Assembly (NCBI GenBank): GCA_025603075.1 | Contig: MU626358.1 | Coordinates: forward strand, 1-64,000 | Length of the DNA: 64,000 nucleotides | Direction: 5' to 3' | DNA from: Neoconidiobolus thromboides FSU 785 | Lineage: Eukaryota; Fungi; Entomophthoromycota | Shown here: piece by piece, positions 53,040 to 64,000 of the stretch | Numbering within the stretch: the first letter of the stretch is position 1 | Layout of the letters: the number at the start of each line of letters is the position of its first letter | The notes under the pieces: model-generated | Told to the model about the DNA's origin: nothing | What the model saw: only the letters and a program-made list of their open reading frames with translations | Database searches by the model: none | Position numbers and translations under genes: made by a program

Positions 53040-53180
53040 AAATAGGTAAACAGATTATTAGTATTACGAATTTTCGATAAACAACTTTAAGCAAAGGATT
53101 AGAGCTTATGATCTTTTTACGAAACAAATTTTTAGAAAATTATTTAATATAACAAATATTAATAATCTGTTTACTTATTC
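53040..53180. repeat. ~140 bp fold-back element with 25 bp inverted arms
   Basis: AATAGGTAAACAGATTATTAGTATT (53041-53065) versus AATATTAATAATCTGTTTACTTATT (53155-53179); 2 mismatches. Confidence 0.6.
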
Positions 53181-53410
53181 TTATAAATATTGAGAATTTA
53201 CAATAAAAACTCTTTGCACTATAGAACAGAATCAAATTAAGTTTAAAAAACATACTCATTATATTTAACGTTTTTAGTACCAAATGTCTCAAAAGAATTT
53301 AACTATTAGATAAAAGAACATTAAAAGAATATCAAAAGAATAAGGATAACTCATTATCATTGTATTAGATAACAAAAAGAGTCGAAAAAAGGCTTAATTA
53401 TTTTATTAAT

Positions 53411-53515
53411 ATATGGGGATGTATTTTTTGTTTAAGAATTTTACTAACAATATTTCCATTCAAATAGCGCTTAAAAGATAGAAAAGTAATGAAATCAAAA
53501 AAAACATCCCCATTT
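53411..53515 (+). mobile_element. MITE-like element, copy 18
   Basis: Near-consensus. Confidence 0.85.
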
Positions 53516-53532
53516 ATTGGTTTTAATAGTAC

Positions 53533-53997
53533 TGTGAAATCTGGTACTCAGGGTTTGGAGTCAAGAACAAATATTGCTGGGTTAACTACACTATAAGTCG
53601 AAAGGTCTTAGTTTATGTGACTAAGATAGACTTGAATTATGAGGAATAGCACGTAATAGGTTACAAGCTATATAAGACAAATAGAATAGACAATACTAAT
53701 GTAAAACCTATGTAAAATACTATTAAATAAACCTAGTGGCTTTATTAAATGTTCGAGATATCAGGGAACAATTCAGTTAAAAAAGCCTCAAGCTATTATG
53801 TTTTAGAATCTCTTTTACACTCCGATAAGTATAAATATCAAAACGAGGAGAGAATATTCTTTGAGACGAAGATAGAAATTCTCATATCAAATCAAACTAA
53901 GAACGTGGAATTGATTTTCTCTGAACTCGAGAACACAACACCTTAGGCGATTGTTATACTATAATTAACCATGAGACTGACAAAGCGATATTTCACA
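53533..53997 (+). mobile_element. Solo LTR copy 3
   Basis: Termini TGTGAAAT...ATTTCACA; 4-bp TSD GTAC. Confidence 0.85.
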
Positions 53998-54174
53998 GTA
54001 CCTTTTTTAAACTCTATAAACTCTTTGTTTGTAATAAGATTTGAAGTAAAAAGCCACAGTAATAAAAACATCTAAATCAATGCTCCCATCATATTTTAGC
54101 TTTGTTATCTTCTTCAAATGGCTACATAGTAGCAAACAAACACAAGCCAAATCTATTTGATTTAGTAAATCACT

Positions 54175-54280
54175 ATATGGGGATGTTTTTTTTGACTTCA
54201 TCACTTTTTCCATTTTTTAAGCGCTGTTTGAGTAGAAAAATTGTTAGTAAAATTCTTAAACATAAAATACATCCCCATAT
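54175..54280 (-). mobile_element. MITE-like element, copy 19
   Basis: Perfect ATATGGGGATGT TIRs. Confidence 0.85.
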
Positions 54281-54638
54281 GTTACTTTTGCAAATGCAAT
54301 GACACAAAATACAAACAATAAATTTAGAGGTTTCTGTAGTTTATAATAAAGTTTAAATTGTAAATTTTTTTACTCAAATCGAAGATATTATACTAACTTT
54401 ATGTCTATTTATTTTGTTATACTTAAGACAACCTTTAAAAGCCTTAAAAAGGTGTAGTCTTTATCATGTAAGCAATATTGCAAATTAAACAATATTTTTA
54501 TTTTATATCAATTAGTTCATACTATAAAAATTAGTAAAAAACTAAATAAATGGGGGTAAAAACAAAATAAATATTTGATTTTTTAGCTAAAAATTTGGTA
54601 TAAAAATTATATTATAATACTTATTGATCTAACCTCCG

Positions 54639-55387
54639 TTAAAATTTAACTTTCTTCTCCATTACAACCGGTTGAGCAGGAGGTTGCTCAAAAGTAGACG
54701 AACCTTGGGCAAAATACGTTTGATTTAAAGGATCGTTAAATGGATAAACAACAGTATTTGAAGCTGAATGAAGGTCTCTATCACTACGAACGCTTTCATT
54801 TGGAGTATATACTGGCAATGAAACATCATCATTTATCTCACTAGGTTTTGACTCATCAATGGGAATGTATGGACTGGTGTCGTAGTTTAATTTACGAGAA
54901 AAGAGGAAAGTGAGTATGCCAAAAATGATTAGTAAAAATAAACTAGTAATACCCCATGATTGTTGACTGAAACATAGGATAGCAAACCTTGAATTGGAAA
55001 TTATTTTTCAAAATAAAATAAGGTTATTAATTACTTACATAAAATAAACTAAATAAAAAAATTTAATATTTTATAAACTTCTTAATATAAATATTACTTA
55101 ATCCTCTTCCAATAGGTACCATAAATACTTGTAGATAAGTCACATAATACAATTGAAGTTTTGGTATTTCAGAAACGACTACAATAATGGCAAATACACT
55201 ATCATTTTGTTATTCATTATTAAAAATAGTTGATCGAATACCCTTACCATCGAATAATTTTTAGTACCACTTCTGGTGTATTACCAATATCCTCATATGT
55301 ATTAAAAACGAAAAAGCCATTATAAAATAATATCAACGATACTATACAATTGACAATGGTGGAGTAAAGTCGTAGTTGGAATTTCAT
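54639..55387 (-). CDS. COPI-associated/Tvp15-like Golgi membrane protein, 4 exons including a 10-nt micro-exon; missed by the ORF track
   Basis: Spliced translation MKFQLRLYSTIVNCIVSLILF...VFAIIVVVSEIP...YLQVFMVPIGRGLIYFMFAILCF...MEKKVKF*; GRG motif plus TM helices. Confidence 0.65.
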
Positions 55388-55672
55388 AGTAATAGATTAA
55401 ATTAAGCTCTTTTTTTAATATTTCTCATTTATTTATTCGTTTTTTTATAGGATTACTTCTTTTGTTGCCAAGGTTTGTTCTTTGTTAAAATATAATTTTT
55501 TTCTCTTGGTATTTGGATATTATTTTGAGCTTCCTTAGTAATGCCGTATGGGCTTACATAAATTTCTTTTAAGTAGATTTACAGCTTTTGGTATAGTTGT
55601 ATAATGAGTAGAATTAGAAAAAGCAGTTTATTTTCAATTATTCATGTTTTGTAAACTTGAGTTTGTACAATA

Positions 55673-55777
55673 ATACGGGGATGTATTTTTGTGTTTAAGA
55701 ATTTTACTAACAAATTTTCCGCTTAAATAGCGCTTAAAAAATGGAAAAAATAATGAAATCAAAAAACACTCCCATAT
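55673..55777 (+). mobile_element. MITE-like element, copy 20
   Basis: Consensus match. Confidence 0.85.
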
Positions 55778-55795
55778 CATGAATTTTGCTTTAGA

Positions 55796-55902
55796 ATATA
55801 GGGATGTTTTTTTTGGCTTCATCATTTTTTCCATCTTTCAAGCGCTATTTGAGTGGAAAAATCGTTAGTAAAATTCTCAAATACAAAAATACATCCTCAT
55901 GT
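55796..55902 (-). mobile_element. MITE-like element, copy 21
   Basis: Consensus match. Confidence 0.8.
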
Positions 55903-56919
55903 TCTTAAAGTTATAAATTACCATCTATATTAAATGTCTTTTTACTTAATTTAAAAAGAGTAGTTAAACAATAGGAACAATAAATAATAGTGATCGAAAA
56001 AATCATATTAATATTTGTGATATTAAACAATTTAGAGATAAAAATTAAATTTTTATCTTCTACTTAAGTCTATAAATATTCAATTTATAATCATTTTTTT
56101 ATCAATTAGTCATTTAGTGAGTTTTTAAAAACAAGCTACAAATTAATCATGTTTGAAAATTATATTGTTATATTATTATCTCTATTTATAAATTAAACAT
56201 ATTTACTAGCTTCGTATTTTTACAAAAACTTTACTTTTTATAGAATTTTTTTTTAAGCCATTTATTAGAAGTATTAAATTTATAAATAAATCTTGTTAAT
56301 CTATTTGATGAAATTAATTTTTTATAATATACCAAACATAGTAATTAATGTCTTTTACCCTTTATTGCTATAAGTTTCATTTTTATCAAATATTTTAAAT
56401 AAAGGTACTTTAAAATACAGCCATAAATTAAAAAACAAATAATATATTTTTATAACGATGACTTTTTATTTAACAGTAAATATTTATGAAATACATCATA
56501 TATTATTAGCTGAAAATAATAGTTTATTTTAAATATTTCCATAATACAATTTATTGCAAAAACTTTATCGCTGAATAACTCTTGTAACTTTTTAATAGAT
56601 TTTTCTTTATTATTTTAATAGAATACTCTTAAACTTTTTTGTCACTTCAAAATAAAAAATTGATTAGATTATCCTCAAAAAGGCAGTAATATTCGACCAA
56701 TATTACACAATGCATTATATTACGATATATCAGTAATTAGAAATAGAAAATTTAATTCCATTTAGTTAAAAAATTAGCTATATCACCTTAAGCTAGGAAC
56801 AAATATATTAATAATATTTTTTAATTACTAAATATGGAAGTTCAAACGTTTGGCTTTCAGTTTAAAAAGTATAAAAGGTGTAATTTTATAGAATTTTATA
56901 GTAAACTAAATTATTCAAA

Positions 56920-57903
56920 ATGAAATTAAACACCTTTTTATTATGCTTATCACAGGTAGCCTGTGCGTTTGCATTTAAATTCCATACTCGCGGCGTTACC
57001 AAGGCAGATTCCTTAGTCTCAGACTTGGAAAAATCAATGAAACAAATGGTAACAGAGGCGAGCAAAGACAAACCAGTAGCCCTTAAAAGCCGAAATTTAA
57101 TACGTGGTTTTGTATCACAAAGTTTAACGCCCAACGAAGAAGAAAGTAAAAGATATCTAAGGTTAGCAGGTACTTCTTATTGTCCAACAGAGACCTTAAA
57201 AACATGGAAATGTGGCCATTGTCAAAAGCTAAGTACCGTAGAATACCAAGAAACTATTGAGGATCCAAACACTCAAACTAGAGCCATTATAGCAGTTGAT
57301 AAAACAAAAAAAGAGATTATTATCTCTTTTCGTGGATCTTCAAACCTTAGGAACTGGTTTCAAAATGTTCAAACGCTTCCTTTCAACTCAGAACAAGCCA
57401 TCATTGATGCTACTGTACATAGTGGATTTAAAACATGTAATGATAACTTGAAAAAACTTTACATACCAGTTATTAAGAAACTTGTCAAAAAATATCCAAA
57501 ATTTACTGTTGTTGTTACGGGCCATTCTTTAGGTGGTGCTGTAGCTACTTTAGCTACTTTGTCTATTAACTTTGAAGTAAGAATTAAATTTTCAAAGATG
57601 CGTTTGGTCACTTTTTGCCAGCCAAGAGTTGGTAATGACAAGTTTGCTGCTTGGATGAATAAAAACGTATTAGATTCCACTCGTTTTACTAATAATAATG
57701 ATCCAGTGCCTAGATTACCTATCAGTAGCTTTGGGTTTGTTCATCAACATACGGAAGTTTATATTAAAGGTAACACGGCTAAAGTATGCTCAAACAAAAT
57801 GATGGAAGATAATACTTGTCTTACTTCTGCTTTACCAAGTATCCTTAGTGGTATTTCAGATCATACTAAAGTTTGGGGAATTGGAGTTTCTTCTGAATGT
57901 TAG
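56920..57903 (+). CDS. Secreted class 3 lipase (triacylglycerol lipase/feruloyl esterase-like), intronless
   Basis: Signal peptide, plus motifs IISFRGS, VHSGF, VTGHSLGGAVA and NDPVPRLP. Confidence 0.93.
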   Translation: MKLNTFLLCLSQVACAFAFKFHTRGVTKADSLVSDLEKSMKQMVTEASKDKPVALKSRNLIRGFVSQSLTPNEEESKRYLRLAGTSYCPTETLKTWKCGHCQKLSTVEYQETIEDPNTQTRAIIAVDKTKKEIIISFRGSSNLRNWFQNVQTLPFNSEQAIIDATVHSGFKTCNDNLKKLYIPVIKKLVKKYPKFTVVVTGHSLGGAVATLATLSINFEVRIKFSKMRLVTFCQPRVGNDKFAAWMNKNVLDSTRFTNNNDPVPRLPISSFGFVHQHTEVYIKGNTAKVCSNKMMEDNTCLTSALPSILSGISDHTKVWGIGVSSEC

Positions 57904-58365
57904 AGAATTAAAAATTAAAATACAAACTAATAATAAATAATACTTTTAAAAAAGTTCTATATAATTTCTAAACAACACTTAATCTATTTCAACGAACAAA
58001 AACTATCTTTAAATTGTAAATTGTTTATAAATTATATTACAGAATTTTGAAGATATAGTAATGCCTAAAATTTTTATGGTATTATACTTATAATCCTAGG
58101 ATAAATAAGACATTAATTACATCGAAAATGCCAGCGATGATACTCGAAACCCCTAAAATAATAAGATATTACCATACATCAAACCATATATTTTTATATT
58201 TTATTTTTATTATTAAGTTAGTAAATCTATAATAAATAGGATGTGTGCTATAAAATGTTATAAAGCAACTATGTAAAGTCACTTTGAATAAATATTAATA
58301 AATAAGTACTTAATAATGTTTTGATACTACTGTCTGGATATAGTTTTATTGAAAATTATAACTAA

Positions 58366-58464
58366 TATTGAGGATGTATTTTTTTGTTTAAGAATTTCAT
58401 TAGTAATTTTTCCACTTAAATAGTGCTTTAAAAATGGAAAAAATAATGAAACTAACACTCGCAT
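58366..58464 (+). mobile_element. MITE-like element, copy 22 (right end eroded)
   Basis: Consensus match. Confidence 0.7.
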
Positions 58465-58791
58465 TAATACCTAGGAATATTGCATTCTTTTACTACTATT
58501 CCTCTATTTTTAACTTAAATTCGAAATTGTTAGTCCAATTAGTAATCAGAAAACATATAAACTGGAAATATATAAAAATTGAAAACACAATATAACAAAA
58601 AATAAACTTATGTAGCCATGTACGTTTGTTGTGGTGTATTCTTTAGTATGTAAAGGTTTATGTTAAACGAATTTAATCTTTAAAGGTATACTTTATAATG
58701 ATAAATCGAATCTAAAGCTTATAAAAATTTATTTGAAAACGATTTTTTTTAAAAAGATCAATTATAAATCTAGAAAACAATTTTTATTAAT

Positions 58792-59333
58792 TTATAACAA
58801 TTTCTTTATGTGTTCGTTAATAAAAAGATGGCTTAATCGGTCTTTTGTTAAATGCTCTGCCCCTTTAATTTGCTTAAAACACTATTATATAAATTACTAC
58901 TTTATAAATAAACATTAACTATAGTTATTACCTTTGAGTCTCCACACCAGCAATCAAATGGTTGGTCCATACTGTATTCTGTAGAAGGATAAAAGAAAGT
59001 TAATTCATCATTTACTTGGATATCTTTGTTAGCAGTAACACTAATGGTATTGTCAGCAACTGCGACAAAGTTGACACTAGGATTACATGAGTGATTAGTA
59101 AAAACAAACTCGGAATCTAAGTCCACATGAACATTTTGGTTCGTTTGGACAGTTGTATAATCTTTAACTGGATTAACGGTAAGTCCTTTTAAAAGAGCTA
59201 TTTCCTCCCCTTTCTTAAACTCTTTTAAACTATATAGTTTGGTACTCAAGTTATCCCCTTCAATGATAGTAACTAAATCATCGAATTTTCTACGATATTT
59301 TGTTTGTCCTGCCATTAGAATTGGTGCGTCCAT
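58792..59333 (-). CDS. Small SET/post-SET domain protein, 2 exons
   Basis: Motifs FTNHSCNPS, ELTFFYPSTEY and FDCWCG; second exon CFKQIKGAEHL...KKLL*. Confidence 0.85.
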
Positions 59334-59649
59334 ACTTTCAACTAATTAAAAAAGTCAATTATTATTTCTTTATTATCCTATTTATACTTTCAAGTGAGCT
59401 CAAATTTAAGGGATATGAATACCGAAATTGAGACTAAATTAAGTCATTGAAAATTCCCTATCTTTTTTTACGAACCAATGGTTACAAAATTTATTTCTCA
59501 TATTTTAGAAACCTGAAAATAGTAGTTGAACTTTGATGTAGTATTAAAGTAGAGATATTTATTTATATAAAAAATAAAATAGATGGTGATCAAAAGGAGA
59601 ATTCTATGATTAGATTAATAAATAAGAATCAAAAATTACCCTTTTAAGA

Positions 59650-60003
59650 TTAAAATACACAAAATGAACTAGTCAATCTAGGATTGCAACAACAGATAGC
59701 CACTGCTATAATTACCACTACTACCACCGCTATAATACCTCCTATAAGTGGCCAGTTCGTTTTACTTTTCCCTGCTTTGTCTTCCCTACGTACTAATTCA
59801 TTCTGTTCTTTATTTTGGTTCAAGTTGAAATCACTATTTAAATTCTCGTTAAAGAAACTCCTTGAAAACGAAGGGTTCACCATTAGAATTTGGTCCGGTA
59901 TTAGAGCATTTTGATCCCCTTTTATCGTCTTTGTTTCTTTTGTTGGTACTGCACTCAGTGCAATACATAAACTTAAGATTAAAATTAGATTAATTATTTT
60001 CAT
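59650..60003 (-). CDS. Small type-I membrane or secreted protein of unknown function
   Basis: 117 aa; signal peptide, dibasic RR, C-terminal TM helix followed by CCC. Confidence 0.65.
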   Translation of the reverse strand: MKIINLILILSLCIALSAVPTKETKTIKGDQNALIPDQILMVNPSFSRSFFNENLNSDFNLNQNKEQNELVRREDKAGKSKTNWPLIGGIIAVVVVVIIAVAICCCNPRLTSSFCVF

Positions 60004-61584
60004 TTGAATACAAGAATCAAATTTAAAAAATAAGTGTTCTTACTCTTTTTATTACTCCTTTTTCATCATTGCTTTATGGCTTATTTTTTATTTAAAGGGT
60101 TTTATAATAGCCAATTAAATTTCAGTTACAGTCTTTTCTCTATTGATCACTTGTTCTATTTCTTCCCCTCCTTTTAGTTTGCGTAATTGATCTGTTTTTT
60201 TGAAGTGTTTAATCAAGTTGACCATTTATTTAGTAAAAAATTGACTTTGATTAGTAAATTCTAAAAGTGCATAAGCTCTACTGCATAAATTTTAATTAAG
60301 TGATGCAACTTGACAGGTTATGAAATTTTTAGTATTTAGAGTTAAAATTTTAAAGCTATAAATACACTAAATGTATTATTATACATATTTAAAATTAGAA
60401 CTTATGTTTAAAATTTTGGTTTGAGAGTTATTTCTAAATTTTACTCTTGTTTACTAGAATCTAATCAATCATCTATTTACCATCTCATTGTTTTTTAATG
60501 AATTTAAACTTAATGAAAGCATTTAATTATTAATATTAATAACAGAAATAGCTAAAGCATATTTTATTTAGTACAATCATTTTAGATCGCCTTTTTTAGT
60601 TTTATATGTATTTTTATAATATCATACATCTTTAAGTTGACATGACAACTGCTATATTAATGTGATTTAAAAGTAACTCTTAAAAAAATACAGTCATGTC
60701 AAATCCATTTCTGCCAGATATCTGTGTCAAAAGATTAAAACCAATTTTGACACATTAAATCTAAAATTTTAGTTATCACATACTCTGGGCTCTTTCTAAC
60801 ACAACCTATATGTTTAATAAGTATATCCATTTATTAAAGCTAGCCTATTTAGATATATGTCTTAATAGCTTAATAATGTATAATATCAGAATTTTGTTTC
60901 ATTACAACTTTCAATTCTGGTATAAAATTACTATAATATACAAATATTTTTCAAACTAATTTTAGACTAATTTCAAACAGCTCTAAATGCAAAATACTTA
61001 TAAGCTATTGGTGAATAACAAATCAATTGTTAGTGAAATTATTTATTGCAATAACCATCTCAGCATTAACTAAATTTGTAGTTGCTATAATGAGTCTGAA
61101 TAATATGTGGGGCTGCCAGGCTTATAGTGATAATGTATATAAAATTTAATAGTAGAGTAAGCTATAATCCATTATTTAATAAACCTCTGGTATGTAATCT
61201 TAGTGACACATTACTTGATTGTACAGTTAGGTAATCCGTACAATGATTAAAGGTGTTATTTTATTACGATATTATATTGCAAAACACCGTTATTGCTTAA
61301 TCTGATTTTCAATAGATTTAGCCATTAATTTATAATGCAAAGTAACTTTTAGTGTCGTGCTTATTATCAATAATTAATTAAAAGATCTATTGGTAACAAA
61401 ATAATAGAATAAATTTATTAAATTTTATACTGGATCCCAAAATAATTGTATATAAGCTACTAAATTAGGATTCATAGATATATTGTAAAGAATAGTAATA
61501 ACTAAAGAATATTATAAATAAAACATTAAAATAAAGTCAATTTAACTTTTTCGTCAAATTTTTATAATCATCAAATAAAAGATA

Positions 61585-62445
61585 ATGAGTAAACTAAAGC
61601 AACTATTAAACATTGATGAATTTCAACCTGAGCGTAGTTTCGAGTCTAATTTAATATCAGTAAGTTCACTGCTTGTGGTGCGGGGGATAATGTCCTTATT
61701 TCAACTAATAGTATTAATTTTAATGATCGTAAACAACTACGATAATCCTTTAACCTTTGGTATGTTTCTAACTAATTTTGGGTTCTATGGCCTTACTATT
61801 TATCTATGGGTATAACAAATTTAATTTATTAACACCCCTTTTATTAACTTTCTAATTAGTGGTCTTTATACCTAAGCATATGTGCTGTTTTGAATCCAAA
61901 AACTTACATTCCCTTCATATATCATTCATCTGTATTCCATTTCATTTATCAGTTATTTTATGAATCTATGTTAATCTACCATTTCATTATCTCTGTCATC
62001 TATTGGAGCTTATTAGCCAGTGAGGATCTCCCTACATTATCAGCTTTACTTCTATTTTTGACCATTGCTAGACATTTATTTAATTTCATCTTCATGTTCA
62101 TAGAACTGCTTCTAAGTCGTAATCTCATCTACCTCTCCCACTATCCTATACTTCTATCATTTGGCTTATTATACATTTGCTTGGCCATCCTCGTCCATCA
62201 TTTGTAAGTTCAACTTATATCTAAACCATGTTTTTTTATTTAATTTTAATTTCTTGTTTAGGCACGGGATTTGGGCCTATTCTTTCTTAGATTATAATGA
62301 AAATCCACTTCGATTCGGAATCGTCCTTGGTGGTATCTTTATTTTTAGCTTACTATATTATATAGGTTTATATTATCTACATAAGCTGAGGGATCATTTA
62401 TTTGCTAATAGATACCGTAGAATTGTTCCAGAAAGTGTGGTATAA
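61585..62445 (+). CDS. FAR-17a/AIG1 (rolling stone)-like multi-pass membrane protein, 3 exons
   Basis: Motifs MFLTNFGF, HFIISVIYWSLL, HLFNFIFMFIELLL and IWAYSFLD. Confidence 0.75.
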
Positions 62446-62923
62446 TCATTAAGTTTGAATGAATTAATGTTATCAAAAATAGAATCAAGTTTATAATAAA
62501 AATAGTTAATATATTTATTTACAAATAGAGTAATTGTAAGTTATAGAATATAGTATTAAAAGTTAAATGGTTCTTATTATATTTAGCTACTCAATTTAAA
62601 GATATTATTTCTAATTAAATAATGTATAACTTTTTAGCTTTTATCAAACCAAATAAGATAAACTATCAAAATCCTTTAAATAAGATATTTAATAGAAATA
62701 TACTCTTTTACTTTAAAAATTCCTTGCACGAAACAGTAAAAGCAGTACATTCAGACGTAAAACTGCCAATAAATACATAAAGTATATTTAAATTCAAAGT
62801 AAAACAACATTAAAAATCAAATATTATGAAGACTACATAGCCAAGTTTATTAAGTTCTTTAGTTTCGATCTGTCTTTTATTATTGAACTTAACGAAAAAG
62901 GGTATAGTATCTATATATTACAT

Positions 62924-64000
62924 CTAATCCTTTTTCGTATGAAACTTTTCTGCTAATTTACGTAACATATCCATGGTAGCTTCTTCTTTAGCTTGATAAG
63001 AAGCTACTCTTTGTTTTAATTGTTCTGCTTTTTCTTTTTCAATCTGTTGTCGACGAGTATTCCTTTGATATTCTCGGCTTTTTTGCTTTGCTAGCCTAAA
63101 ATAGAGCATACATTAGTTTCATTAATCAATTAATAATGTTTTAATTTACGTAGAATAAAAGTCATCCCCTCCCATTAATTCTTTGTCGTCTAATACAACA
63201 TCTGGTGAATTTTCTCTCTTTGTGTATGCTGCTTTCATTCGTTTTTTTTCGATCATTGCTTCTCTATTTGTAAAGAATTATTTATATATTATTATCCCTG
63301 TACTTTTGAATAATCCTACCTTCCAGTAGCTTTAGGTACTAATTCTTCCAATAAAACCTCTTTATCTTTACGTAATCTTTTGTTTTCTCTCTTCTTTCTA
63401 TCTCTTCCAGCTGCATTCAATTCTTCTTCCTCTAGTACTATTTTTCTATTAGTGCCATTATATATGATTAAGACGTTCACATTTACTTGCGTCGGTTCGA
63501 TTTTTGATTGAAAAATCTGATGGCATAGTTGGACCTAATACATGAATAAAGTGGAAATTTATTATTAACTATAATCTACCTTGGACCCTTCTCTTTTTAT
63601 CCATATTCAATTGCCTTGCTTTATGTTTATTGGTATCTGTGTCCACTATATCTCTTATTCTATCTAACTCACTTCCATCCTAATAGCTTAGTTTAGTATT
63701 TAATTTACTGATTCCAATTGGCAATTACGATTTTATTTGCAAACTTCCATTTAAAACTAGTATTATCCTCCTTAGCAAACTGAGTACTATTAACTCCATC
63801 ATAAAATTTATCTGTTCAATTATTATATATATCAATAACCCATGAGAAGTTTAAATACCTTCTAATACACCAGAATTCCATTTTTTAACAAATTTTTTAA
63901 AGTATTTTTTTTGATCTTCATTATTCATCTCCATAAAATACTTTCCTTTATTTTCTAATAACCATAAGCGAAACTCGCTGTTTTTACGGTAATAGTCATC
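62924..64000 (-). CDS. SCI1 (style cell-cycle inhibitor 1)-like conserved protein; 5' end outside the window
   Basis: Manual translation DDYYRKNSEFRLWL...FKKFVKKWNSGVL, ELVPKATGR, LMGGDDF and YQAKEEATMDMLRKLA. Confidence 0.7.

Noticed and set aside
40501-55834. Similar short ORFs 40501-40743, 54102-54302, 54007-54213 and 55634-55834 (FFPFFKRYLSGKIVSKILKHK) suggesting a peptide family
   Set aside because: They are read-throughs of the MITE sequence; their similarity is just the repeat. ORF 53749-53946 lies inside a solo LTR.
6835-59914. Antisense ORFs over real genes (6835-7029, 8325-8543, 11104-11292, 13019-13264, 16373-17005, 20369-20947, 35024-35305, 50751-50945, 51638-51853, 56886-57680, 59684-59914)
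   Set aside because: They are opposite-strand shadows with no motifs, and many begin at non-ATG codons.
63890-63960. Possible degenerate MITE copy
   Set aside because: It translates on the minus strand as SCI1-like coding sequence (KYFMEMNNEDQKKYFKKF).
1-64000. tRNA, rRNA or snRNA genes, or a non-standard genetic code
   Set aside because: No T-loop/D-loop tRNA pattern or spliceosomal RNA signature was recognised by eye. Conserved proteins translate cleanly with the standard code.

Overview
This is eukaryotic, very AT-rich nuclear DNA with short spliceosomal introns of about 46-55 nt and the standard genetic code. Gene content and intron size suggest an early-diverging fungus, possibly Entomophthoromycotina; that assignment is inference only. 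About 26 protein-coding loci can be supported. They include two inverted ALY/REF-like RRM copies, a Gly/Gln prion-like repeat protein, a FYRN/FYRC protein, the P5A-ATPase Spf1, SHMT, an ArsB-like transporter, G-protein beta, mitochondrial ferredoxin, Pop8/Rpp14-like and CENP-Q-like proteins, MBIP-like, Sin1/Avo1, TBC1D20/Gyp8, a five-HTH protein, glutaredoxin plus a pseudogene copy, a carnitine acyltransferase, RNase H2C, PLC, Utp23, Tvp15-like, a class 3 lipase, a small SET protein, a FAR-17a/AIG1-like protein and an SCI1-like protein. Intergenic DNA holds about 22 copies of a ~105 bp TIR-bounded MITE-like element. Its left half reads as a complete 47-48 nt spliceosomal intron (GTATTT...TACTAAC...YAG). 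There are also three ~460 bp solo LTRs (TGTGAAAT...ATTTCACA), one of which splits a MITE. All protein calls are motif recognition by eye; no database searches were run.
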